DNA of 63,781 nucleotides, counting the filler, from Octopus bimaculoides (taxonomy: Eukaryota), in the NCBI RefSeq assembly GCF_001194135.2. It is 5 parts of 5 records of this genome, joined end to end, with 100 filler letters (N's around TTAATTAATTAA, not from the genome) between each part and the next. Parts side by side here need not be neighbours in the genome. Positions count along the whole stretch, not along the records: positions 35,680 to 59,168 come from NC_069004.1; 4 more parts are not named here. The stretch is one strand, 5' to 3'. Both the position numbers and the translations under genes were made by a program. The notes under the pieces are model-generated. The model was not told where the DNA came from, made no database searches, and saw nothing but the letters and a program-made list of their open reading frames with translations. Below, piece by piece: positions 36,560 to 48,400 of this stretch; the stretch's first letter is position 1; every line of letters begins with the position of its first letter.

Positions 36560-37410
36560 AATGAGTTTTGTGTGTGAATAGTTATTTGTGTATGCACTCT
36601 GTTAAATCTTGGTATTTGTGTATGTACTCTATTAAGTCTTGGTTTGTACTTTTGTATGAAAGGATTTTCTTTGTTTATCCGTGCTTCATCTGTGGTATTT
36701 GCTAAACATAGGTAGAGTGGGAAGACTTGGAATTTGGGGGACTTATTTTTTGCACATATATCTATGTGTCCACTCAGTAGAATCTGTCTAGTAGTCAGTT
36801 TATTTCTTAGAGTAACCTTTGTTTGACGTATGTAATCTTCATTACATCCATGACATTTGATAGCGTATATTAAATTCCCTGAAGAACATGTAAAGTGATT
36901 TTTTTACAGTAAAAATTTGTCGTGATTTGAATTTGTATGTTGAGTCTTCAATAAGGTTGATGCAAGTCCTGCAATTGGGGTGGCCACACTTTTATGACTG
37001 TTAGTGTAGGAATTGTGGAAATTAATTTAGCACTTGTGAGAAATTTTTAAGGGACTTTGATTGTCTTTTACTCTTGATTATTTTGTGTATTTCAAATGCT
37101 TGTTTCATACTTGGGTCTTGTCTTAATAGTAGGATGTTCTGGTGGATAATATTGTAAACCTCTGTGTTTCTTGGGTTGTGTGTTGTAATAAAGGGTAGAG
37201 TATTGGATGTATCTGGAGCATTCTTCGTTTTATGTAGTTCTTCGATATTTATTGCTTTGGCACATTTTATTCCATTGTCTATTAATATCAATGGATAACC
37301 ATTAACATTAATGGATATGCAACAGACATCAAAAAGGTTTAACAAACAAAGTATATGACTAACTACATAACAAATTTTGATTGGAAGACTAGCTACTTCT
37401 ACAGTCTCCC
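36560..37410 (-). pseudogene. Penelope-like (Neptune-type) RT C-terminus + Zn linker + GIY-YIG endonuclease remnant
   Basis: GYPLILIDNGIK..LPFITTHNPRN..IIHQNILLLRQDP..KSKRQSKSLK, then KCGHPNCRTC..FTCSSGNLIYAIKCHGCNEDYIRQT..LRNK (36781-36991) and RINKENPFIQKYKPRLN. Confidence 0.8.
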
Positions 37411-38103
37411 AAAATATACTGTCATGTGACACTATCACACAGATGTAGCAGGGAAATGTACAAAAGGTTATAAACTTAACCATGTGTTGACAGACACTTG
37501 ACAGAAAACATTCAGAGCATTGATTGTTCGGACACATTCAGTCAACTGTGTCAGCTTTAATTACACTGCCAAACATTGTCACTTGATACTAACACATTGT
37601 TACTTGATACTAACACATAGTGGGGAACCTACAAAAATTTCTAAGACCAGTCATGTGACTATCCTCTACCAATCAAATCCTATTCAAAACATATAATAAT
37701 TTGAGCCATGAACTCCCTATAAAAATTGGGCAAGCTTCAAACACTAGTCAGAAGCAAGCCATCTTTGCTGGTGTTCAGTCATTCCTTTTGTGTCTAAGGT
37801 TAGTTGTATTTGAAAATTGTTTCCCACTTGTAGGATTTGTTATTTGCCTGCTTGCAGGATTTGTTACTTGTGATTTGTGGTTTCCCATGAGGGAAATGTT
37901 GTTAAATATTTTATTGTGTAAAACATTTTGTGAACTGTTATCCTCCCCCAAGGGGGAAGGACATATAAATTTACCGTTGTTGGTAAACTTTTGAACTGTG
38001 CTGGTGAACAATTGTTAAATATTATTTTGTTCCATTTCAGAACAATTTTGTTAAATCTGTCTGTGCATTTTTTGGAATATTTTTTTGTGAAAAAATATTT
38101 AAA

Positions 38104-39415
38104 ATGTCTTCAAGTGAAGAAAGGAAAATGAATTTTGCCACTGCTGTTGGTGAAACAGAAAATATTATTTTAAAAAAAGAGGACATTCAAGCTTATTTTA
38201 GGATCATCACAGAGAAAGTAAAATCACTCCACCAAACAAGTTAATAATTAAAACCAAGGGAAAAATGATCATTTATAAAACCTACGATGTTGGAAAAAAA
38301 AAGCTAGAGCATTTAGAAGAAAGCACTGTTGAAAAGTGTCTCGGGCCGGTAATAAACCAAATTAAATACCTGGTCTGAGGCACAAGATTTGCAACCATAG
38401 AAGCAAGGTTTGAGTCAGCAGAGAAGGCTACAGAGTTTCCGACTTGAACCTTGCAAAGCGGAAATATAATGCCACTGCCTTTATATCTGGGACGCAGAAT
38501 GTTCCAAATAAAGATAAAGAATATCCCCCCAGAGGTAGAAGTCACATGGATCGTGGCCACTCTCTTATTTGAGAGAGAGGACAAAATCAACATAATCCAG
38601 ATCTCCAGAGATGCCCCACAAAACTGGTGGGGGTCAAACTCTCGAGATCCTGGCACAGGCCATGACCACGGACCTGGAAAACCTCCCTGAGACTATCCAC
38701 AGCGGAGAAGAAACAATTCTGGCAGTACACGTAGAAGGGAGAAGACCCAGATGTTATAAGTGTGGCAGAAAAGGACACCTGAGGTCTAAGTGTCCCTCTA
38801 CAAAAAAGGACAAAGAAGAAAACCCTGAAGAGGAGAAGAAAAGAGAAGAGGCAGTACCCTCAGCCAAGGAGGGTGTTACCCAGAGGGTGACTGCCTCCAC
38901 AAGTAAAGAAGACAAAGCAGAACCAGCTGTGACACCATCTGAAGAAATCATGGAATTTCAGACAATATCATGAAAACACCCCAAGAAAATAGAGTCACCC
39001 ACCAAGTTCCAGGAGGCGGCTCCAATAACCAAAGTGGCAAAAAAAACAGGAACAAAAGGAAAGACCAAAAGAACCAAAGAAGGGGAAAATGAAACTGGAA
39101 ATAATCGACTTACCGAAGAAAGTGGATACCGCTACTGTAGCTTTCAAAAATAGTAATAAATACTTAGAGTGGGTGATTAAACCCCACCAACAAACATTAC
39201 TATACACAAACAGTAACAGTAGAAGCCCTGTAACAATAGGGAAAATTTCTAAAAAATTATATACAGTCTTAAAAGAGAGACATCCTAAAGAAATAGCGGA
39301 ATTAAAGGAATTACTGAAAGTTTTTAACCCACCAGAGGAACCGAGTCTGGACAAGAGGAAGGAGGAGGGGAAACAAGTTTTAGTGATACTGAGATCGATC
39401 CCCCTCGAAAGATGA
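38104..39415 (+). pseudogene. Tx1-like ORF1 (gag-like, CCHC zinc knuckle)
   Basis: Starts MSSSEERKMNFATAVG; contains IKIKNIPPEV and EGRRPRCYKCGRKGHLRSKCP (CX2CX4HX4C); several stops and frameshifts. Confidence 0.75.
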
Positions 39416-39458
39416 AAAGAGCAGGTAGGCTCCAATTTTTGTCTTTTTTGTTTTTGAT

Positions 39459-42400
39459 ATGGCTATGCTGTGCATTGGTTGTTCAAATGTTCATGGCCAG
39501 GGTTTGAAGAAGAAGCAGGCTTGTTTCCTTGACGACCTCAGGTCACACAGAATTGATGTTATGATTGCTACAGAGACCAAGCTGGACAAGCTGCAGGCCT
39601 TCTCAACTCTCCTGAATGGCTATAAGAAAATCATGTCTCCTTGTCAGACAAGGGGAAGGGAGGTGTTGTGGTATTGCTCCGGAAAAGCTTGGATCTGCAG
39701 ACATGTACGATCTTTGTGGAACCAGAAGGCGTGTCAGTCGTTCTGGATCTGACATACAGAGGTAAGGCCTTCAGGTTGGTTAGCATTTACGTGCCTAGCA
39801 CATTAGGCAAACAGAACGAGTTCTATCAATGTCTGGAGAACTTTCTGGTGACATCAATGACACTAGTTTTGTTAGGAGATTTTAATGCCTGGATGCATGC
39901 CTTGATAGCGTAGGCTTGAACGAAAGGAAATGCGACTCACGCCTCATCGATCTGCTAAAGCAATTTAGGCCGGCAGATCAATATAGAGCATTCCAATATA
40001 GACTTGGAATAATAACGACAGGTCTTACATAGACAGGATTATAGTTAATGCTTGAGATAAGTGTAGTTTTAGCTGTCCACATTTACCTATGTACCCTACA
40101 TGGATCACAAATTAGTGACATGTGGGTTGCATATAGATAAGGTCCATAGACAGGGATCTGGCTATTGGAAGTTGAGCAAGTCCCTATTGGATTGCAAAAC
40201 TTACTGGAGCCAGATTATGGTGTTAGTAATGAGGGCACTAACTGGCGCCGTGTTAAATAACCAGTGGTGGAGGGCCCTCAGAAGAGCCATTCGACTTGAG
40301 TCAACTAGATTTAGCAAGCAGTTAAGTCTAGAGCAGACTAGAGTAGAAAGGGATTTAGTTAAGGCATTAGAAGAGGTGCTGAGAATGGGCTCTGCACCCC
40401 AAGTTTTTGTGGCAAGATCGGCTTTGGACCGACACCTCGATGCCAAACACAAAAGATGCAGAGTCCAGGCTAAAGTATGTGCACTGGGTCACGAGGGTAT
40501 CAACATTGTCGGGTGGGCTCACTTAGTAGAAACCCAATGTGGCGTGGATGCTATGATAAGGTCTGTGGTTAATGAACACGGACAGGAGATCGAAAGACAG
40601 GAGGAGATGTGCAAGGCCTTTCATGAGCACTCTGCTGTATTGCTTGGGAGGAGTGGGACACTGGACCATGGAGATGCCCTCTGGGATTTCCTGGCTAGCA
40701 GCCCGTGTCTTTCAGCACTGTGAAGCGCCGATCACGGCTGAGGAGTTTATAGAGATGCTTTCCGAGTGCCCCAGGGACAAGTCGCCAGGATTGGATGGTG
40801 TACCTTATGAATTTTATAAAAGTATGCCAGACTTGTTCGGGAACATACTCGCCAGTGTGTACCTGAATTGGCAGCAGAATGAGAGAATTCTCAAATCTGT
40901 GAGCCAAGGAATGGTGACACTGATCAGAAAGGACCCGTGCAAGGGGGATAACATTAATAATTTTTGGCCCATAACTCTGCTAAACACAGAGTTAAAGATT
41001 TTGGCCAAGGTGCTAGCCAAGAGAGTGAGGATTGTCGTGGGTGACCTGGTGGGAGAGGCACAGACATGTGCCATCCCAGGAAGAACGATACATGACAACG
41101 TTCATCTCATTTGCTACACCATAGAGAGGGTTGGTAAAGTTCCTGGCAAAGGTGGGGCATTGGTGAATTTAGACCAGTCTAAGGCATTCGACAGGGTCGA
41201 CCATCAGTATCTGGGTCTGACTTTCCGAGGCTGGATTGAAGCTTTGTATAGCAACATCGAATCTGTCATCCGGGTGAGTGGGTTCTTCTCGAACCCTTTC
41301 GCAATCGAGCGTTTGGTTCGCCCCCTGTCCCTGCTCCTGTATGTATTGGCCCTTGAGCCACTGCTGCAGAGATTGGGGACTATGGAGAGAGACCCACGTG
41401 ATCTGTGTTGCGGTAGAAGTGTGACAGCATATGCGGATGATGTTACCATCATCAGTCTGATGAATGGCAGCTACCTTGTGTAGAAGACATCATCAAAGGA
41501 TATGAAGTGGTGGCAGGGGCAAAAATTAACCAGGAGAAATTAATCAGCTTGCAGCTCGGCATCTGGCTTGGCAAGTCAATACCTCCCAACTGTGTTGTCA
41601 GATGCTGGACGGAGGGCCCAGTTAAATTGCTTGGACCAGATCTCCAGGCGGAGAAAAACTGGAGCGAGGTGACAAGTAAGGTGACGGCCTTAACCCAGAC
41701 CTGGTCTGGGAGGACGTTATCCTTGCTAGGAAGGGCCAAAGTTGCACAAGTGTTTATAGCATTTGTGATAACCTACCACCTAACCGTTGTGCCTTGCCCC
41801 GGTTTGTGCCTGACCAAGTTGGAATAGATCCTTTTCCACTTTTTGTGGACAGGTAAAATGCCACTTGTGAGGTGCTCCATCTGCTGCCAGAAACTGTTAA
41901 AGGGTGGACTGGGGATGCCTTGGCTGATGATGCGCAAGTTATACACTGAGGCTGAGACATCGCTGGCACTACCTGGATGGTGAGCAGGTATGGACACCAC
42001 ATGTCAAGCAACTTTTTCCACAATTGCAGTCCCTCAGGGACTTAGGTTCATGGATCAAGTGGAGACCTAGGATGGGAGAATGGCAGAAGGAGTGCAGATA
42101 AGCACTCACTCTGTTCTCCTGAGCGAGCAATACCGGCAGCGAAGTTACCACTGCAGATTTTTATAGAGGGTTGGTAGAGCATAAGTCCGATGATGTCCTG
42201 GGAGAGGCTCTAGGCTTCAATGTAGAACAACTGACCAGCCTGTTCGGAAGGACATTTGGGCCAAGATGTCTGGATAACTTCCAGTAATCCTTGGCTTGGT
42301 TGTACTATCGATCGGCCTTACCGGTTCGAGAGAGGTTGTCCAGACAGTTTTGATACCTCCCCACATGCCTGAGGTGCAGGTGTGTCAGTGAAACTGTTGT

Positions 42401-42751
42401 GCATGCCTTCATACACTGTGAAGAGCTGAGGAAGTTGATAACCTATGTTGAACAACTGATTTTGGATGCAAAAGGAGTATGACTCTCAACTGAGTCCATG
42501 GTTAAGATCGTATTGCCTCCCTCCTTTAACAAAGAAAGGAAGGCATCTTTTTTCTGCGTAGTAGCCATACTGAAAGACACAGTATGGATGACACATGTGA
42601 AGAGGATTGAGACAAGTTGGTCAGTTATTTTAACTTCCACCTGTTAAGAAAGATCCATCTGGAGAAATGGTACCTGCCTCAGAGTGTGTACAGAAAAAGA
42701 TGGAAAACTGCGGTAAGAAAGTTAAGTATGAATGGGGCCATGCTAGTGTAG
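39459..42751 (+). pseudogene. Tx1-like ORF2 (APE endonuclease + reverse transcriptase + C-terminal Zn motif)
   Basis: CSNVHG..ATETK, SIYVPS, LLGDFNA, DHKLV; KSPGLDGVPYEFY, WPITLLNTELKILAK, NLDQSKAFDRVDH, AYADDVTII; CLRCRCVSETVVHAFIHC. Many frameshifts. Confidence 0.9.
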
Positions 42752-43048
42752 CCGGTCAAATCGAAAAAGAAGGAAAAACCAAATAAAAAAAAAAACACAA
42801 TAAAAACAGGAAATGAACAAAGGTAAAAAAAATGAACCCTTGAACAATATATTTCTATATTTATATTTTTAATTGCATTTTTCATCCCGATTTCATCCAA
42901 ATAATCATGATTGTAAACCCAGCCCCTGTAAGACTGTCCTTGTTTCATTCCTGCCCCTATTCTGTACCTTGTATATATGCCTTTATAGGCAAATAAAGAA
43001 ATTCAGAAGCAAGACAGCTGCAACATAAACCACGTCTTTATATTTGAA

Positions 43049-43087
43049 CTTTTTGAAAATCAGTGAAAACTGTGAAACCGGTTAAAG
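43049..43087 (+). ncRNA. Degenerate hammerhead-like motif in the inverted Penelope pLTR
   Basis: CTTT TTGAAAA T CAGT GAAA ACTG T GAAA CCGG TT AAAG. Stem II with GAAA tetraloop, palindromic CCGG stem III as in dimeric minimal PLE hammerheads. Confidence 0.45.
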
Positions 43088-43492
43088 CTTTAAATATAAA
43101 AATAAAAAATATTTTAACTATTCTCAGTGCATTTTCAACTTCTATTTATCTCAAAGCAGTGCTCAAGCATGGCCGCAGTCTACTGGTCTACTGACCGAAA
43201 CAAGTAAAAGATGAAAGACAAACAATAATAACCTTGCACACAGCTGGACACCTAACTATCCCCTCTTCCTTTCTCTCAACAGTAGTAAAGATATTGATAC
43301 AAAGCAAAAACTAAAAGCAAAAATACGAGTGACAGCTTAACTGTTGCTTGACAAACTGCAGCTGTGACGACATGCGGCATACATACGCGTGCACGCATAC
43401 AATACTCTCACACTTTTATGTCTAATTATCTATTTCTTTCTCTTTCTCTCTCTCATTCTTTTATGTCTGTCTATCTATTTCTTTACTCCTAT

Positions 43493-43540
<48 letters not shown>

Positions 43541-44420
43541 GCTGAAAACCAGCTGTAAGTTACTACACAACACAGAGTGAGAGAGAAAGAGGGTCGAGTG
43601 AGACGTGCACACGTGCTCAGACAGACATACATGTACACAAGCAGAAGTAACATAGGAAGAAGTGAAAGTGAGACTGAAAGACAGAGTAGTGAGATGAAAC
43701 AAAGAAAAAGAGAAGGACTGACAGAACAGTCAACAAGAGCGAGTTAGTTTAGTGTAAAGTGTAAGAGAGAGAGAGAGAGAGCAAGGGAGAAAGAGAAAGG
43801 AGCATGAGATCAGGTTGGAAAACAAGGCTCAAGAGGTGAATGGATGGAGAAGAACTGAGGAAGATCTAATGGGAGTGTAGACACTGAAACAAACTAGCAA
43901 CAACGATGACATGGTCACTCGAACTTGCTAGATATAGGAACCACTCTAATTACATGTCACTTCCTACTTTCTCATACCCCTTTCTCAATCTCACACAGTG
44001 TGTATCTCTTTATGTCTCTACCTGGAAAAGTATACATTAGACAGTATGTCTGGGGCATAACTTGTAAAGGACTGGGTGGGCATGGCTGAAATATCTTCAA
44101 TCATAGGTCTGGTCTCTCAAAATGGACCTTGGGCTAAATAACATTAATGAGAACAAGCCAGGAGTCCTCAATCATTTTTTTATCTACGGATCACATTGAT
44201 AACTATTTTATTCTGGTGGACCCCACCATAGCCATTCAATGTTTAAAAACTAGTTTTAGGGAAATTTCTTTCAAAATTCTTATTTTGCTTAGATCTTTCT
44301 GATTTGGCAGGCGCCACTTGTTTTCTTAACAAAACACTTTCAGACATGGGACACTGGTAGAATGTGTCATATAAAACATCTTTTACTCTTAGTGTTATTG
44401 AGAAAATTTTATCTTTTTAA

Positions 44421-44778
44421 AGTTATTTCGTGTTGAAATTGTCGTATTTCGGTAATTTCAACCAATCATTGACGTCTATTGAGGTGAAAACAATTACTGC
44501 TATGGAATGTAAACAAGACATTCTAGCGGTGTAATGGGATCTTTTCCCTTGAATAAAGTCCGTTTGTACTGGTTTTAGCTAACCCTAACCCTAACCCTAA
44601 CCCTCGCCGATAGTTGTTGTTGACAAACAACGGCACTAATTTTATTCAAGGGAAAAGATCCCATTACACCACTAGAACGTCTTGTTTACATTCCATAGTA
44701 ATAATTGTTTTCACCTCAATAGACGTCAGTGATTGGTTGAAATTACCGAAATACGACAACTTTTACCATGAAATAAGT
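44421..44778. mobile_element. Foldback element with ~137-bp TIRs and a central telomeric repeat
   Basis: 44421-44557 is a near-perfect reverse complement of 44641-44778. Flanked by TTAA (44417-44420) and TCAA (44779-44782). Confidence 0.8.
44579..44604. repeat. (CCCTAA)4 telomere-type repeat
   Basis: CTAACCCTAACCCTAACCCTAACCCT in the loop of the foldback. Confidence 0.9.
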
Positions 44779-45121
44779 TCAAATATAAAAATTTTTCTCT
44801 GTTCTATAAGACAAAATATACAAGTATACAAAGTTTGAAAGTGTTTCGGTAGAAAACAATAAATAAAACATAAATAAAAAGTGGCACCCACCAAATCAGA
44901 AAGATCCTTTTGCTTTTCACCCATTAACTTGTGTAGGTTGAACTTGCTGTTTCTTGCAATACATACCAATAGATACATGCAAAGCAAAATTTTTTTAGGG
45001 GCCTTTAAAATATTATTGTGGATCCTCAATTTACTATTTTGTTACTTGGACCCCCAAAAATCTTATATCGACCCTCAGGGGCCATATGGACCCCGGCTGA
45101 GAACCTCTTCTGTACATGATC

Positions 45122-45191
45122 ACTATCTATCTATCTATCTGTCTATCTATCTATCTATCTATCTACCTATTTATCTATTTATCTATCTATC

Positions 45192-45254
<63 letters not shown>
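45122..45254. repeat. (TATC)n microsatellite
   Basis: Long ATCT array; it truncates the mariner fragment to its right. Confidence 0.95.
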
Positions 45255-45483
45255 TCCATGGAAGTCCTCCAAAGTGAAGGTTCCAGGACCCTTGTCACAA
45301 CCTCCTTCATTTTTTTCAATGTCTTCAAAACGACTGCCCTTGAGGTTCTCCTTCAGCTTGAGGAACAACCAAAATTCACAAGGAACAAGATTTGGACTGT
45401 AGAGAAAGTGAGGGACAGTTTTGATACCCATCTCTGTTAAATAGTTGGCTAATGGAATGAAATTGTGGACTAGGGCAGGTGCC
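45254..45483 (-). pseudogene. mariner transposase remnant, C-terminal part
   Basis: VHNFIPLANYLTEMGIKTVPHFLYSPNLVPCEFWLFLKLKENLKGSRFEDIE (the YSPDLAPxD motif region). Confidence 0.8.
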
Positions 45484-48400
45484 CAGGGCTGGATGTACCA
45501 CTAGTGAACTAGACAACTGTCTAGGGTAGTAACATCTAGTGGGGAGACAAAATCTGGGGATGTCTTGGGAGGTGCTTACTTAGGAGAGAGAGAGTTTAAG
45601 AAATTTATAATTATAAAGTGATAATTTTGTTATAATAAAAAATTCACTTATCAAATCATCAGGAATCAGTCAGTAAAGTTTGATAATGACTTCAGTTACA
45701 CTTACATTTCCAAAAACCAATGTTTCCTCTAAGGCTTTGGTTCACCATGCAGCCCAGTCGTTTGAAAATTACCACCCGGTTTAATTTGAGGCCCCCCAAG
45801 AAAACAATTGAATTTTAAAATTTAACATGATATGTGTATATTTTTACAATCATTGTTAAAATATTCAAAAGAATGTGTAATATACTTAAAAGTTGTAATA
45901 AATTGTATAATGGCGAGTTGGTTTGCTGGCGAGTTGACTCTACCCCTATATGATATATATATTATTAATGTGTCAATGTCTTGGCAAAAAAAATTTAAAT
46001 CAGCATCAGAAAAATTTTTATATCATGGCTTTGGTATGTGTACACAGCGGTATTTTTTGGGTGAATTTTCTCTTGTGAATTAAATCATGGGAGGAGCTAG
46101 GGAAGTTTTTAAAAAGAAGTTTTTTTTTTACATGGGTATATTCCATTGAGATTTTTAGCACCTTTTTCACTTAATATTAATCATATGATTGATAATTCCT
46201 TTATTTGTTCCAGTCATTTGACAGCAGCCATGCTGGAGCACTGCCTTTATTTAATAGAAAATTATATTAAATTCTTATATAATTTTTGCTTCAAGAAACC
46301 ATTCAAATTCTATGAGTAAGACCTGTCAAATTTGTTTGAGTAATGTACTCAATTATATTGAACTTGACTTAAACTGTTTTTGTAATCTATATAATAAAAT
46401 AGAGTTGTGTGTGTGTGAATTCACTTTCCGCACCAAAACGGCTGTGCGAATTGCTTTCATACCTGGCATGTGTAAATGATTTCATTCTGGAAAAATAATA
46501 GGGTATTCGGTTTATTTTTGTCTTAAAGATTAATATATATGATTCATTTCTTTCAAAAGGTTTTTCAATATCAACTTCCAGTATGGATGTAGCAATGGAG
46601 AATTGTTCATTTTCATTTGCAAACTCTTTCACTTTCTCTTTAAATGTTTTCATTTCAAGTTTTAATTCACTATTTGCAAACAACTTACAATAACTTACTT
46701 AATGAAGTAACAACCTTGGGAGGAGCCTTTTTGGTACAAAATAAAAAAAAAGATAATTGTAAATATTTTCAGAGGACAAGGAGCATGATTCAAGGGAGAT
46801 TTGGCTGTTGTTTCTAGCACATCCCAACCCACCCTCCATTTTCATGCCCACATGTATTTATTGTAAAGCATCAATACATTACAGGGATGTACTTGTATAG
46901 CAAGTGACTTGATCTGAGATTGTATGCAGAAATAAAAACAATTGCAGCATGGAAGATATTTGTAAGTCTTTTAACAACACACAAAAATCTTTAGTTTCAC
47001 TTCATTTAAATTTCATTTGTATGAAAATATTTTCATCGCTTTGAAACCGTGACCTGTTCACTAACAAAACTTGGCTAAGTTTTGTCAATGACAAATATCT
47101 TCCATGCTGCAATTGTTATCAATACATTTGTAATCATTGTCATTTAAAAGGTATTTGTATATAAAATTTGCTAAAAAGCTATCCATTTTCCTGAAAGTTA
47201 TGGGGGAAAAAAGTTGGATCATGTGAATTTTCCGAAACTCCTCTCTCCAACCTCAGAAAAATTCGTTCCCGTAAATCCCTATATACTCTGCATCCACAGC
47301 ATCTAAGCGGTATTTGTTGAAAATTTCGTTAAAAAGTATACACTTTTCTGGAAGTTATGAGGCAACAAATTCAGATGGGGGTACACATCTGTAGTTATGC
47401 AGCTATATCTATCTGTCTATCCATATCTAGCTAGGTGTGTTAAGGTTATGAGTTTATAACCCAAGTACAACCAGGTCCTTCTGCTTGTTGTCTATAGGTG
47501 TAATTAATTGACATTTTGAATAAAAATGAAGGCAGCTATAATCAGTATATTATTGGATAAAGAAGTTCATTCCAATTTTATTGCTCAGTCATTATGTGAT
47601 TACACACATACACACACATACATACATGCAAAATATATGAAAAATATATTTGATTGATTAAAATATTAAAACTAAAATAGTTCACCGACAGAATTTCATT
47701 TTTATTTTTCTATACTCATAGTCAACAAAGGTACAAGTTATTTTTTTGTGCATACTCTTGAATTTAAATGGAAAATGCAGGAATAAACGCAGCTCAGGAC
47801 TAAAATTCATTATTGAAATCAGGGGCAGCTTCAAATATTAAAAATTTATATACTTGGCGTTTTTTCAACACCAGGTGTTGTTTTATTTCAATGTATTAAT
47901 CTTCCTGGTGCTTTTTCGAGCTAACCTTTAATTCTGTATTGGGAAGTTTCGCCCCTAGATAGTTTTGCTATAATATTTAATTATTTATGTGTGTCTGTAT
48001 CTATAGATATGTAGATATTTCTATAATAAAGGAGTTTACTTTGTTCATATATTCATTGTATATATCTACATTTGTATAAACTAAGTATTGATTCTTGATA
48101 TTTATATTTACTGTTAAGCTTGCAGGACCTTTTATTAAATATCTTAAAAAAGACAAAAATGAAGAAATCAATTCCCAACAGCAACAGGATACTGTAGAAA
48201 AACTAGAAATTTTGCAAGATACTGCAGTGCAAGAAAGCCTTTCATACCAATCACAGACCTCAACAAATGTAATTCAAGATGACAATATTCAAGATCAAGA
48301 TACGTCCTCTACAGGCACATCCACTGAAACAGAAAAGCAATGTGAAAATTTTATCAAACCTCATGAAGCTAATATCACTTGTACAAACAAGAATTATGGT

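Larger units (their letters stand above)
37759..43002 (+). mobile_element. Apparently full-length Tx1/L1-clade LINE (decayed) with 11-bp TSD
   Basis: TCAGAAGCAAG at 37748-37758 and 43003-43013. Contains a 5' UTR, ORF1, ORF2 and a 3' end GGCAAATAAAGAAAT. Confidence 0.85.
35935..43147 (-). mobile_element. 5'-truncated Penelope-like element with inverted pseudo-LTRs, interrupted by a Tx1 LINE
   Basis: 35935-36395 is the reverse complement of 37410-37758 joined to 43014-43147. The enclosed DNA encodes the PLE C-terminus. Confidence 0.8.
44159..45109. mobile_element. hAT/Charlie-like non-autonomous element (MITE) hosting a foldback insertion
   Basis: Imperfect TIRs CAGGAGTCCTCAATC / GGCTGAGAACCTCTT and subterminal GGACCCC motifs. 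No TSD recognised. Confidence 0.45.

Noticed and set aside
44579-44604. Telomerase RNA template or true telomere
   Set aside because: Only four units, embedded in the loop of a foldback transposon.
47820-47832. CAGGGGCAGCTT as the left hAT terminus
   Set aside because: Poor TIR match and no TSD; the terminus at 45484 has a 9-bp TIR match and a 6/8 TSD.
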